A stretch of 64,000 nt of DNA from an uncultured Methanosarcinaceae archaeon. Lineage in GTDB: Archaea > Halobacteriota > Methanosarcinia > Methanosarcinales > Methanosarcinaceae. The notes under the pieces are model-generated. The model searched no databases. It was not told the DNA's origin and saw only the letters and a list, made by a program, of their open reading frames with translations. The position numbers and the translations under genes were made by a program. Location: the NCBI GenBank assembly GCA_963733675.1, contig CAVTET010000004.1:32001-96000 (forward strand), read 5' to 3'. Every line of letters begins with the position of its first letter. The stretch's first letter is position 1. Of the stretch, positions 44,780-56,220 are shown in pieces.

Positions 44780-46078
44780 TCAGGTTTTTGATCTTTCTAC
44801 AAGTTCTTCTGCAGCTTTTTGCGCATCTTCCATTACTTTTTGCTCATCAAGAACCAGCACCTTGTAATTATCCATTAGTACTTTTCCGTTCACAATTGTT
44901 GTCCTTACATCGCTCCCTTTTGCTGAATACACAATATGGGATCGAACATCGAAGCAGGGGGTAAGGTGTGGCTTTTTCATGTCAAGGATTATCAGGTCCG
45001 CCTTTTTACCAACTGTTAGTATACCTGTTTCCGGATCAAGAGCCTTTGCTCCATTTACTGTCCCCATCTCAATTACCTGCCTGGCAGGAAGGATAATCGG
45101 ATTTAAAGTATTTACTTTATGTAGAAGAGCAGTGGTTTTCATCTCCTCGAAGAGATCGAGGTTATTGTTTGAGGCGCAGCCATCAGTGCCAAGGCTTACA
45201 TTTACACCTTTTTCGAGCATCTTATGTACAGGTGCAATTCCAGAAGCCATTTTCATATTACTCACAACATTGTGGGAAACATTGACTCCTCTTTTTCTCA
45301 AAATCTCTATATCTTTGTCCGAAAGCCATATACAGTGAGCTGCAAGTACGTCAGGGCCAAAAAATCCGATATCATCCAGGAGGTGTACAGAACATTTCCC
45401 ATACTTTTCCTTCATTAATACAAGTTCTGCCTCTGTTTCAAGTACATGGATATGAATTCCAGCTCCATCCTTAGTGGCTTCTTCTCTAACCTTTGCAAGA
45501 AACTCCTCAGAGCAGGTATTAGGGGCATGAGGCCCATACATTGTTTTTATCCTGCCGTCTGCTGCTCCCTGCCATCTTCGGACAAAGCGTTTTCCTTCTT
45601 TAAGGTCCATCTCTCCTTTTTCTTTGTTCCAGAGCTCTATTAGGCCGTGGGAAAGCGAGGCCCGAAGTCCGGATAGCTCAACAGCTTTTGAGGTTTCGTC
45701 CATAAAAAAGTACATATCTGCAAAAAAAGTAGTTCCTGACTTTATCATTTCCAGGCATGCAAGTAGGCTGCCTTGGTAGACATTTTCTGGTGTGAGCCTG
45801 GCTTCAGCAGGCCATATATGTCCATCAAGCCATTCTGAAAGTTGCAGGTCGTCAGCATAACCTCGTAAAAGAGTCATTGCTGCATGAGTATGTGTATTTA
45901 TAAGGCCTGGCATTACTACAGAATTTTTTGCGTCAATTACTGTCTCTGCCCTTTCATTTGTCTTTTCCCCAACTTCCGTAATTCTACCGTCTTCAATAAC
46001 AATGGTTCCATTTTTGAGATCACCAAGATCTAGATCCATCGTTAAAACATAAGCATTTTTTATGATTATGTCAGCCAT
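44780..46078 (-). CDS. mtaD: 5'-methylthioadenosine/SAH (5'-deoxyadenosine) deaminase
   Basis: PGLINTHTH, HIHVLET, AAHC and LGTDG.ASNNNLD motifs; true start MADIIIKN at 46078. Confidence 0.88.
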   Translation of the reverse strand: MADIIIKNAYVLTMDLDLGDLKNGTIVIEDGRITEVGEKTNERAETVIDAKNSVVMPGLINTHTHAAMTLLRGYADDLQLSEWLDGHIWPAEARLTPENVYQGSLLACLEMIKSGTTFFADMYFFMDETSKAVELSGLRASLSHGLIELWNKEKGEMDLKEGKRFVRRWQGAADGRIKTMYGPHAPNTCSEEFLAKVREEATKDGAGIHIHVLETEAELVLMKEKYGKCSVHLLDDIGFFGPDVLAAHCIWLSDKDIEILRKRGVNVSHNVVSNMKMASGIAPVHKMLEKGVNVSLGTDGCASNNNLDLFEEMKTTALLHKVNTLNPIILPARQVIEMGTVNGAKALDPETGILTVGKKADLIILDMKKPHLTPCFDVRSHIVYSAKGSDVRTTIVNGKVLMDNYKVLVLDEQKVMEDAQKAAEELVERSKT

Positions 46079-46115
46079 ATGATCATTTCCATCAGGTATT
46101 GAGCTAAAGCTTATA

Positions 46116-46207
46116 AGAGGGGATTTTGATAAATCCCTAAATTTGTCATATGCCCATTTATGGCATATCAATGACCCTTGAAAATCAAAAGTTTATCGAA
46201 ATTCTCT
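46116..46207. mobile_element. IS5-type MITE copy immediately upstream of mtaD
   Basis: AGAGGGGATTTTGATAAA...GTTTATCGAAATTCTCT. Confidence 0.65.
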
Positions 46208-46251
46208 ATATTAAATGACTATTATCGATATATGCTCATCGCTGTTTTGTA

Positions 46252-47103
46252 GGTCCCGTTGCAAAAAATTCAAAAAAATATGTAAATCTATAGGTAATTA
46301 ATAAAAATCAGAATATTCAAAGAAAATGCACTAACATTATAAAACTATACCAAACAATTGATTAATGTATTTGACTTCATTAAGAACAGAGTAATTTAAA
46401 TTATTGACTTGTTTTTTTGATCATATTCATAGCTTCAATTCCTTTTAAAGTCTTATTAGCAGATTGAAAAGACTGAAATCCTAACATTGGATTAACGATT
46501 CGCTTTATGGATCTATGATCTTGTTCTATAATGTTATTCAAATACTTGATTTGTCGAATGCCTACGTTTTTAGGTAGTATTTTATCATTTTTCAGTTTAC
46601 CTATAGCAGGTGGATAAGCTGGATTCTTATCAACTGTTATTACTCTTGGAATTTGATTATGATTAGAACTCAAAGCTTTCTTAAAAAATCTCTTCGCTGC
46701 ATTTAGATTTCGTTTTGCACTTAACATGAAATCAATTGTATCTCCATTTGAGTCAACTGCTCGGTAAAAATATTTCCATTTACCTTTTATTTTGATATAG
46801 GTTTCATCAACTTTCCACGAATAGTTTGTTAGTCTTAAATGTCTTCTTATCTTCTTTTCTAGTTCAGGAGAATATTGATGTACCCATCTCATTATAGTAC
46901 TGGGATCAACTTGAATTTCTCTTTCTATCATCATTTCCTTTAAATTTCTACAGCTCAATGGATATTTTAAGTACCATCTTACATTCAATAGGATAATTTC
47001 TCCTTCATAATGCTTCCATTTAAAGGAATTAGATAGCATATTACTATCTTTGGTTTTCTTTTTATTCTATTGTATCATTAGAAAGGATTTTTGCAACGGA
47101 ACC
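46252..47103 (-). mobile_element. IS6-family element, second near-identical copy (transposase 46401-47039)
   Basis: TIRs GGTCCCGTTGCAAAAA / TTTTTGCAACGGAACC; almost identical to 36226-37078. Confidence 0.93.
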
Positions 47104-47239
47104 AATTCATTAATTTAAGAGGGTATATTTTCAAAAATAGTGAAGTTTACGAGAACCACAAGTCTTTTCCTGTATTCCTCTGGTGAGAAAATCTGATCGG
47201 AAACAACATTTATTATGCAATCACCTGAAAATGATTTGC

Positions 47240-47608
47240 TTACTTCCAATAGGGTTGAATCCCACAGCGCTTATAAACAGATACTAATTCATCACGAGTC
47301 AGATTCCATGCTTCTTCGTCGAAACCTTCTGCTTTTTCTAGGATAGATTTGTCCAACCTCAGAATATAATCACCGCGGTTATACTCAAGAGATTCCCAAG
47401 GGATAGCAAACAATTTGTTACCCATACCTAGCAAGCCGCCAAAAGAAAGTACAACGTATGCTATTCTTCCCTGTTCAGAGTCAATCATGACTTCTTCAAT
47501 CTTTCCGAGGTTTTCCTCTTTGACGTTGACAACCCTATATCCCTTTATTTCAGTTGTCGGCATGAAAGCCATGTTCTTCGAAGCTTGTGTTTCTTCAACT
47601 ATTCCCAT
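47240..47608 (-). CDS. PRC-barrel domain protein
   Basis: LGKIEEVMID...GRIAYVVLSFGGLLGMGNKLFAIPW; GAGGT RBS before ATG 47608. Confidence 0.85.
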   Translation of the reverse strand: MGIVEETQASKNMAFMPTTEIKGYRVVNVKEENLGKIEEVMIDSEQGRIAYVVLSFGGLLGMGNKLFAIPWESLEYNRGDYILRLDKSILEKAEGFDEEAWNLTRDELVSVYKRCGIQPYWK

Positions 47609-47761
47609 ACACCTCAACTACTAATTTAAATTAAGGGAAATTTGAGAAAATTGTTTTATAAAATTTGGGATATAAATCCTTCATCCAAAGGTCAAGTATT
47701 AAAATTCTCTCTTCAACTACGTAAGTCCTAAATTTAGATCTATACTTTATAGAAGTTTCTG

Positions 47762-47920
47762 TCACTTGAAGAAAAACGTGATAATTGCAAGTACAATAAA
47801 AATTATGACAAGCCACTTCGCAATCTCCATAGAGAAACCAGCAATTCCCCGTGCGCCTAATATAAATGCAATCAGCGCTAATACTAAAAATGTAACCGCA
47901 AGTCCTATCAAATCCGCCAT
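47762..47920 (-). CDS. UPF0391/DUF1328 small membrane protein (52 aa, not in ORF track)
   Basis: [52 protein letters not shown]; AGGAG RBS. Confidence 0.85.
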   Translation of the reverse strand: MADLIGLAVTFLVLALIAFILGARGIAGFSMEIAKWLVIIFIVLAIITFFFK

Positions 47921-48489
47921 ATTTTACTCTCCTTATTGTAACTAGACTTTGTCATATCAGACAGTTACTCCAGTTATGATCATCGATTTTACTATGAATA
48001 ACATATTTGGCATTCAAAATCAATAGATTTTGTTTTCAAATTCACTTTTAAGACAGTTTGAGGTTTGAAGCTTATCTATTTCTCAGTTCAACCGCGTATA
48101 ATCCTGTATATATCTTCGAATTCTATTATCTCGAATGTGATGCAATCGTTAATATTGCAATGTGTAAAAAATCTTCATGCTTCTGTTTTCTTCGTAATAT
48201 TCAAAGTTATATCTTGTTTTATGGACTATGTTAAATCCTTTTAAATTAGGGATATCCATTAATTTGAGCTGAACGGTCTGATAAATATTTACTTACCTAT
48301 TTTTAGCCTCATGAAGCTGATTTAGATTGGTTCTCTGTAATGTCGGTTTTTTACAATTTCGTTGTTTGAATATAGATTGGGGCGTGGGAGCAAGTTACTG
48401 AAAATAGTAAGCATAAGAATTTCTCAAAATTATCCTAAAAAGGGTAATGTCCTTTTTATCAATGACCCACCTACACTACCCAAGCCTAC

Positions 48490-49050
48490 CTACTTGCAGG
48501 TATCCAAAAGGCCTCTCTTTTTACCTCCCCTATTTTCAGAGGGGTGTATGGGCTCAACTTTACCTTCTTCTACATCTTCTTTTTTTGGTTCTGCCTTCTT
48601 TTCTGTCTGGGCCGTCTTTTCTGATCCTATCTCTACAGGTCTCTCTTTTTCTGTTTGCTCTAAAACCCCTGTCTGCCAGTAAGGCTTGCACCCGTAGCAA
48701 GTATAAATATTGGCGAGCCACTCACGAGTTGAAGTGGCGAGCTGCTCACAAGTTACAGGCCAGTCGTCCTTATCAAAGCCTTCTGCTTTTTCCAGGGTTT
48801 CCTTGCTAACGTTAAGGACGAAAGCGTGCTCATGAGGTCTCACTGTAAGAGCTTCCCAGGGTACAGCAAACAGTTTATTTCCAAGACCCAGGAACCCGCC
48901 AAAAGAGAGTACTGCATATGCTATTCTACCATTTTCTAGATCAATCATTAGGTCTTCAATCTTTCCCAGATGTTCTTTAGCCGTATTGATGACTTTGTCT
49001 CCGTTTATCGTTCTTGCTGTCAAAAATAAAGGAATATTTGCAGTTACCAT
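48490..49050 (-). CDS. PRC-barrel domain protein with charged tail
   Basis: LGKIEDLMID.ENGRIAYAVLSFGGFLGLGNKLFAVPW. Confidence 0.88.
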   Translation of the reverse strand: MVTANIPLFLTARTINGDKVINTAKEHLGKIEDLMIDLENGRIAYAVLSFGGFLGLGNKLFAVPWEALTVRPHEHAFVLNVSKETLEKAEGFDKDDWPVTCEQLATSTREWLANIYTCYGCKPYWQTGVLEQTEKERPVEIGSEKTAQTEKKAEPKKEDVEEGKVEPIHPSENRGGKKRGLLDTCK

Positions 49051-49226
49051 AATTTTAACTCCCGATACTTAGCTCTATATATGATAGAACTTACGTACTT
49101 GATGATTAAAATAAAGTGCATAAGACAATGTGGTCAAATTTACTATTTTGATAGTTTGAGATCTTTAAGCTTATTGATTTCTCAGTCCAATCGATCAAGT
49201 CCTTTCGGATCCCTATATTTTTGATT

Positions 49227-50606
49227 TTATTTCAAATTAAAATCACCTTTTTTCGGATCACTGGAAAACCCTCTGATCCCATCATCAGTGCTGTACCCAT
49301 GATGGAGAGTCGACACATCCAGATAGGTGCGTTGTATAATGGCCACATTATCATTCAATAGCTTAAGGTGGTCAACTTTTACTTCAGGCAACTTATTTGG
49401 AAGGAAATTAACGATGTTTCGTATTTTGGGATAGGTAGTGTAGTTGTTTAAAGCTTCATGGAAGACAGTAGTATATTCGTTACCTACATTTCTCCATATC
49501 ATTTTTCTGCCAAAATCATATACATTTTGACGCATAATATTACATTTTTCTGGATTTTCAATTAAGTATAAGAGAGATTTTTTAAAGCCTTCAGTGTCTC
49601 CAAAATCTACAAGTAACCCACGATTATCGGAAAGCATTTCCTCAGCATACCAATAAGGAGTGGAGATGATCGCTTTTCCCATGCCTATGGCATAGGTCAG
49701 AGTCCCGCTTACGATCTGTTCTCTGGAAAGGTAGGGAGATGCATAAATATCACTTGCAAGAATATAATTGCAGAGTTCTTCTTTTTCAACAAACTTATCA
49801 TGGAATACTACATTATTCTCAATCTCAAGTTCGGAAACAATACTCTTAAGATATTGCCTGTATACTTCTCCCTCTTTCTTTTTGATCATAGGATGCGTGG
49901 CGCCCAGAATAAGGTAAACAAGGCCAGGATATTGAGTTATAACATCAGGAAGGGCTTTGAGCAAACTTTCGATACCTTTGTTTTGGCTCAGCAAACCGAA
50001 AGTGAGGATAAGTGGAGACCCTTTGAGATTCAACATCTTTTTATATCTAACACAATTGCTAAACGGATAGTCCGGCATCCCATGGAAGATAACTTGGATT
50101 TTGTCTTTAGAAACTCCATAACTATCTTTTAGTATGTCGACTGCAATCTGGCTCATTACAACAAGTTTGTCGGAATACCTTGCGAGCTTTTCAGTGGATA
50201 CTCGATACTCATCAAGTTCAGGCTCCCGGGTTACAGTGTGCATTGTTGTTATTACAGGCTTGCTTATTCCTGATAGGAGAGCGAAAATGTAATCTCCTGC
50301 GTCCCCCCCAAAAAGACCGAATTCGTGTTGAAGACAGATAACGTCTGCATCGGAATGATTTATAAAATCTGCAGCTCGGTAGTAATCTTCGAGCTTGTTC
50401 CTTTCAATTTGAAAAACAACTTCTTCTGGATAATTACAATTTTCAGAAGGATCGCTCACAGCAATAACTTCACAATGAATGTCGTTATTTTCTACAGAAA
50501 TCGAATTTAAAAGATCAGAAGTAAATGTAGCAATCCCACATTCCTTTGGAACATAGGTTCCTATAAACAATACTCGCAATTTCCTATCCAATCGATCCCT
50601 CCACAC
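49227..50606 (-). CDS. GT4 glycosyltransferase, C-terminally truncated
   Basis: GTYVPKECGIATF, QHEFGLFGG, SGTLTYA.G.GKA..STPY; ends just after GYSTDD, where longer homologs continue. Confidence 0.8.
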   Translation of the reverse strand: MWRDRLDRKLRVLFIGTYVPKECGIATFTSDLLNSISVENNDIHCEVIAVSDPSENCNYPEEVVFQIERNKLEDYYRAADFINHSDADVICLQHEFGLFGGDAGDYIFALLSGISKPVITTMHTVTREPELDEYRVSTEKLARYSDKLVVMSQIAVDILKDSYGVSKDKIQVIFHGMPDYPFSNCVRYKKMLNLKGSPLILTFGLLSQNKGIESLLKALPDVITQYPGLVYLILGATHPMIKKKEGEVYRQYLKSIVSELEIENNVVFHDKFVEKEELCNYILASDIYASPYLSREQIVSGTLTYAIGMGKAIISTPYWYAEEMLSDNRGLLVDFGDTEGFKKSLLYLIENPEKCNIMRQNVYDFGRKMIWRNVGNEYTTVFHEALNNYTTYPKIRNIVNFLPNKLPEVKVDHLKLLNDNVAIIQRTYLDVSTLHHGYSTDDGIRGFSSDPKKGDFNLK

Positions 50607-51255
50607 TTATATAATTGTAATTTTACTCCCCATTTTAGCCTTAGATTTTTTATAATAAATTTAGAATACCGTTTAATAATTCACTGGTAAGTTCTACTCA
50701 CACATTCATCACACATTATACGATCAAGATACAATTTGTAAAAAATGGGTTACTTTTGCTGCGTTTTTTGTAAACCTATTTTTGTAAATCTATATCCGGA
50801 TGGATTGATAATTTCAGTAGTCATTTTAACGTTTACAGTATTACCTTATTCAGACACAACTGAAAAACGATTGGAAGAAAGCCCGGAAATTATATTCCTT
50901 ATCCCAATTCCAAAGGTATATTCTCTGAACAACAATATTTCCTGAACATCATCTCGGGGCAATCATTTCTTTTTATCCGCTAGCTCATAATTTATTAGAT
51001 ATAACCTACAAAATAGAATATCCATCTACTTTATTTCTAATTTTTTATATGAAAAAATGTTTATGAACACAAATTATGTTCACGTAGCTAATTATAAAGA
51101 GAAACAATATTTTGATATTAATTATATAATCTTTCATTGTTTTTGGTAATTTTTATAATTTAGTACCAAGTCCATCCCTAAAATGATCTCTACTTTAACA
51201 ACAATGTTTAAAATGATAAAAAAATCCAGAAAATAATAAAAAATCTCAAATTAAT

Positions 51256-51348
51256 AGAGGGTATTTCGATAAACCCTAATTTTTGGCTTGTTGATTATAA
51301 AGCATATCTAAGTAATTTGTTGAAATCGGAAGTTTATCGAAATTATCT
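51256..51348. mobile_element. IS5-type MITE copy
   Basis: AGAGGGTATTTCGATAAAC...GTTTATCGAAATTATCT. Confidence 0.7.
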
Positions 51349-51529
51349 ATTAATACAATAGCAAATAATGGATATGGAAATTGAACTAGACAATCACGAT
51401 CTATTTCGAAACACTGAGATTTTTGAAAAAAGTCTTAATTTCGCAAAAGAGCATAGAAAAAGTTTCTCCAATCGTTAGTCGACACTTTTGGAAAAAAATT
51501 TATTGACTGATTCTCAATTCTGAAAAAAC

Positions 51530-51662
51530 TAAAAGTGGTTTCCAGAGAGTTTACACCCTGTTAAAATCCGGTTTCATTTCGGTGGAGTGTTCTTCTGCAA
51601 AGGCTGCACGCCTCTTATCTTCGTCTTCCTTTGACAGGTTAGAACCAATGAGTTCAAACTTC
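51530..51662 (-). pseudogene. 3' fragment of DUF1269 gene plus downstream flank
   Basis: Aligns with 16120-16250, including non-coding AAAGTGGTTTCCAGAGAGTTTA. Confidence 0.7.
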
Positions 51663-51699
51663 AGATTCTTGAAAATCCTGTTTGTTCCACCCTACTTGT

Positions 51700-52061
51700 C
51701 TAGTAAGGCTCATAGCCATAGTGATTATATACTTTAAATAGCTCCTCATGAGTTAGAGGCAATTTATCCTTATCAAAGCCTTCAGCTTTTTTTAGGACTT
51801 CCTTATCGACATTAAAAGTGATTATCAATATGTGCTCGTAGAGCTTCAATTCAATGACTTGCCAAGGAATAGCAAAAAATTTATTGCCCATACCTAGGAA
51901 CCCACCAAAAGAAAGTACTGCATATGAAGTACTGCATATGATATTCTATCATTTTCCAAATCAATTATTAGGTCTTCAATCTTTCCTAGCCCCTCTCTAG
52001 CCACATTAACAACATCATGTCCTTTGAGCGTGTTTACTGATAAAAATATTGGATTAGTCAT
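51700..52061 (-). pseudogene. PRC-barrel pseudogene
   Basis: 14-bp tandem duplication AAGTACTGCATATG (51913-51940) shifts the frame; TAG where paralogs have Trp. Confidence 0.8.
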
Positions 52062-52099
52062 ATTTCCAACTCCCTAAATAATTTATTTATAATTTGGTT

Positions 52100-52470
52100 A
52101 CAACCCTTTAATTATTCACCAGCATCAAAACTGGCTTTAAGTTTTTCATCATCTTCATATGAAAGATATGCAGATATTATCATTGCTTTGCACTTGTTTA
52201 GTCTCTCTAGACTAATCTCTAGTCCTATCTAGTACTTTGTCTTCTGTCCATTTCTGACTATTTACCTGTAATTGTCCCTGTAATGACACCAATTGTCATC
52301 TCCAGCCAAGGTCCCCAGAAAACTATTCCTATTAACATGCCCAAAAATGAATCGCCAATCATGCATGTACCCACAAGATATGATGCCTACTTCACCTTGA
52401 TTTTGCCATTGGGATTGTGAATAGGAACCGCTGTATCGTCGAGGTCATCACCCCCTTCTTTTTAAGCTGA
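52100..52470 (-). pseudogene. second decayed DUF1269-like gene
   Basis: Fragments DLDDTAV, SFLGMLIGIVF and LSYEDDEKLKASF resemble 16177-16665. Confidence 0.45.
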
Positions 52471-52672
52471 TGGATAGTATATGCAAAAGTAAAGATTTGT
52501 TTATATTTTCTGAGTTTTTGATTAATTGCAGTCGATTGCCAGCTGAATTAATGGTAAGTTTTGACGATCTCATAATATATCAAATCGACATCAACAAACT
52601 GATTCTCAGTAGACATAATAGTTACAGTGCATTCATATTTAGGAATTTTAAACATCAATAGTATAATAGCGG

Positions 52673-53539
52673 ATGACCCAATTGATAAAGGGCATAAAAT
52701 TCGTGGTAAAGGAAAGGGATTATGACATGTCTGACCTCAAAGAAAATAATTTTAAAGTGGTTAACCTTGAAAAACCTAACCTTGAAAAACCTAACCTTGA
52801 AAAACCTAACCTTGAAGGGGCTAACCTTGAAGAGGCCAACCTTGAAGGAGCCAACCTTGAAGGGGCTAACCTTGAAAGGGCTAACCTTGAGTGAGCTAAC
52901 CTTAAGTGGGCTAACCTTGTGGGTGCTAACCTTGAGTGGGCTAACCTTAGAGTAACTGGCCTTAAAAGAGTTAACTTTAAAGGAGCTGACCTTAAAAGGG
53001 CTAACCTTGAGTGGGCTAACCTTGAGGGAGCCAACCTTGAAAAAGCTAATCTTGAAGAGACTCACCTTGAAAGCACTCATCTTATAGGAGCTAGCCTTAA
53101 AGAAGCTAATCTTGGAAAGGCTAACCTTCAAAAAGCTAACCTTGAAGGTACAGACCTTGAAGTGGTTGATCTTAAAAAAGCTGACCTTACAGGAGCTGAT
53201 CTCAAAGGAGCGAACCTCAAAGAAGCTGATCTTGGAAGAGCTAACCTTGAAGGAGCTAATCTTATAGAGGCTCACCTTGAAGGAACTAACCTCATCGGAG
53301 CTTACCTTCGAGGAGCTGATCTTAAAGGAGCTAACCTTAGAAGGGCTCATCTTGAAGGTTCAGACTTTGAAGGGGTTGACCTTAAAGGAACTGATCTTCA
53401 AGGAGCTAACCTTGAAGGAGTTCGCAATTTATCATTTGACCAGCTCTCTAGGGTTAAAACACTTTATTATACAAAATTAGACGAAGAGCTCCTTAGATCA
53501 CTAAAAGAAAAATACCCTGCCCTTTTCGAAGTACCATAG
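52673..53539 (+). pseudogene. pentapeptide-repeat protein with one in-frame TGA (52892-52894)
   Basis: A(N/D)LxG repeats; ORFs 52673 and 52919 share a frame; GAG TGA GCT versus GAG TGG GCT in sister repeats. Confidence 0.8.
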
Positions 53540-54247
53540 CTGCGGTCCTTAAAGATCGATATCTTTAGAGCGTGTAGAATCAGAGAACTGGAAGACCTCA
53601 AAGATCAAGACTTTCCAGTACTTCAAGAATCAGGAATGACAACAAATCTTCACCCTATAAAGTTGTTAGCCTATACAATTCTTTAAGTGTGAAATTTTCT
53701 ACTTAATTCCTTTCTGAGATTTTTGATTTTACAGACAAATTAGTACTCTGCCTGATGCGGCAATGTACATAGTTTTCTGTAAAATTAAAAAAGTCATAGA
53801 TCCAATGCAGTCAATAACCAAAACGCTTGGATAAGGATACGGTCACTATGCTGAAGTGAAATTTTTCTATGCACAGTTTTTGTGCTAAAAGCTTTGAATT
53901 TTCAAAGTTCCACCCAAAATAAGAAAACATTATTACTATTACTCATGGAGTTTATGGGACTCTTAGAGCATATGAAGCTCCTGGAACACTTGGAACTAAT
54001 TAACCCAAACAACCATTGTAAATAGAATATTATGAAAAAAATAATTAGATAGTGCTCTAACCAAAATTAAGAATATGAATAAACTGAATTAAAAACTCAT
54101 TTTTTCAATATCATAGTCTCAATTAATAAATTTCGAATAAATTTCTCAATCTTTTTATTTTCAATAATAAATAAATTTTTAATATGTTTTACTATGCCGT
54201 TTACGTTTATATATCTGGATATCAGTGGATATGAATAAACTGAATCA

Positions 54248-54397
54248 GGTTGTGGTGCAAAAATAATATTTCTGCATTTTGACACTATAATTTTCACCTT
54301 TATGTATCATTTTCTTTCTAATGAAAATGATTAACTTTCCTAATTGTGAAGGTTTTTTCTGATTTTGCAAGAAAACCAGATTTTTTGCAACGGAACC
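54248..54397. mobile_element. IS6-derived mini-element
   Basis: GGTTGTGGTGCAAAAA...TTTTTGCAACGGAACC. Confidence 0.6.
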
Positions 54398-54399
54398 AG

Positions 54400-54920
54400 A
54401 TTTTTTGACGAAACTTGTAAATCGATGTTTAATCTCCTTGAATCCTTATATCGTTATTTCTATGAATAATTGAGCAATAAAGGCTAAGAGAATAGCCCAA
54501 TAAATGCTGCTTATTTTACCATACTCTCTATGACTTAATCTGATTTTTTTCAACGAGTTGAATACTTTCTCAAAAAAGATTTTTTCCTACATATTTGCAA
54601 TCCCCTTAAGAATGTAAAATCCTTGTAGTCTAACAAAATCAAATTTAGTTAGACTATAAAGATCACATTTCAGATATTATGTAGTCTCTGATAACTATTT
54701 ATATTCATTTGCAATTTTCCCTTTAAAATGAACAAATAAAAACTTCATCTATAAATCTTAATCCATTCTCACCAATGTACTTCCCACAAATTTCTCAATT
54801 TTTCGGTTGGATTTAGCTGCAATTACAAATTAAGCTCTTCCTCATACATTTTTGAGATAACTTCCAAGTTGAAAAATTTTCTATCCATTTATATAAGGTT
54901 CCCAATTTTTCTCCCATTAT
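54400..54920 (-). pseudogene. IS1634-like transposase remnant
   Basis: EKVFNSLKK and SIYWAILLAFIAQLF fragments. Confidence 0.5.
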
Positions 54921-54994
54921 TTAAATCCTATCGAATAATTATTTTGTAAGGGTTGAATATTCTTTGCTTAGCTCATTTATGTGAATAAAATTAA

Positions 54995-55735
54995 GTATTA
55001 TTTTAGGGCAACTGAGACTTTTAGATATTCTAATTGGATATGACGGACTGAATAGATTTTTACTATCACTTTTTGGGACAAAAACTGGACGAAACGCTCC
55101 AAGCACTTCTAAGTTTATGTTTAGGCCTGCAATATGGCTTAGAAACCTTATCAAACCTGAAAAACGAAAAGTTCTGGCTTCATTGATTATTATCGATAAG
55201 AATTTATGATAGAGCTGCTTTTTCAAATGATCCAGAAATGAAAGCCGCATATTTCACAGGTGATCCTTATCTAGCGTTTGCAAAACAGGCGGGAGCAGGG
55301 CCACTGAATGCGACAAAATCAATTCATTAAGCTGCAAGAGAGCTTTTTAAAACGTTTGTATTGGGCGTTCGATATGGTATGCTGTCAGATAATTTGGCTT
55401 TGCGTATAGGCAAATCTACTCCATACGCGAAAGAACTACTAAGGTACCATAAACGGATTTATAAAACATATTGGAACTGATGCGAGCACGTATTAGACAC
55501 AACCCTGTTGTTTAAACGCATCACGACCTGTTTTCGTTGGCAAATGCATATTTTTGGCGGGGAAAAGAAAGAAGACAGAACTATCACAAATCTCCCTTGT
55601 CAAGCAACAGGTGCAGAAATTCTCAGAGTTGCCTGTATCCTCTTGTAGAGAATAATATCAAAATCATTGCTCCTATACGTGACACAATTCTTATCGAATG
55701 CGACGAAGAAGAGGCAGATGAGATTAAAGAGGTTT
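54995..55735 (+). pseudogene. second family A DNA polymerase remnant, homologous to 17740-19509
   Basis: GTKTGRNAPS..FMF..LRNLIKP..KVLA; SNDPEMKAAYFTGDPYLAFAKQAGA; RELFKTFVLGVRYG; TPYAKELL; QATGAEILRVACILL; IIAPIRDTILIECDE. Confidence 0.85.
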
Positions 55736-56060
55736 ATCCCGATGCCTAGGTCATTGATCGCACGACTGTAAACGCGTGGGAGGATAGCAGCATCATAGCC
55801 CACATCAATAAATACGGGGAAGGCAAAATAGTTATGGTTGGACCGTGAACCTCAGTTTGCGTTGTGGATCCTGCGCTTTCGGCAATCGATCAAGGTTTCG
55901 AAGTGTATGTAGTAACCGATACCTGTGGTGATATCACCGACAAAACGTATGAGCTGGCTATGGAACGTATGATCCAATGCGGCATAAGGCCGATGACATC
56001 GATGCAATATTTGCTAGAGTTACAGCGGAATTGGGCACACGTTGATACTTACGAAACCTT
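55715..56060 (+). pseudogene. isochorismatase/YcaC-like hydrolase fragment
   Basis: IDRTTVNAWED, SVCVVDPALSAIDQGFEVYVVTDTCGD and LELQRNWA. Confidence 0.7.
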
Positions 56061-56220
56061 TAAAGGAGTTGTTGCCATTTGCGGCAAACAGATACGTGGG
56101 GTGCAACAGGCCGGCAGCCATGAGACAGCACTGCAAGTTATTTCTGCCTATGCTAATGAAGCAGGATCGGTTATCTATCAGCGCTGTGTTGATGGAAAAA
56201 AACAATGAAATCGAGATAAC
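56060..56220 (+). pseudogene. ISAs1-family transposase fragment
   Basis: VVAICGKQIRG...ALQVISAYA..G.V..Q..VDGK/NEI matches the IDGK..RG...VSAF...KSNEI pattern. Confidence 0.6.

Noticed and set aside
46079-46171. N-terminal extension of mtaD
   Set aside because: Most of the extension lies inside a MITE; conserved start is at 46078
48430-48492. Pyrrolysine read-through of the PRC gene's TAG stop
   Set aside because: The downstream ~19 codons show no domain similarity; TAG plausibly acts as a normal stop
52655-53350. Minus-strand 231-aa FKVS-repeat ORF
   Set aside because: Antisense of the pentapeptide gene
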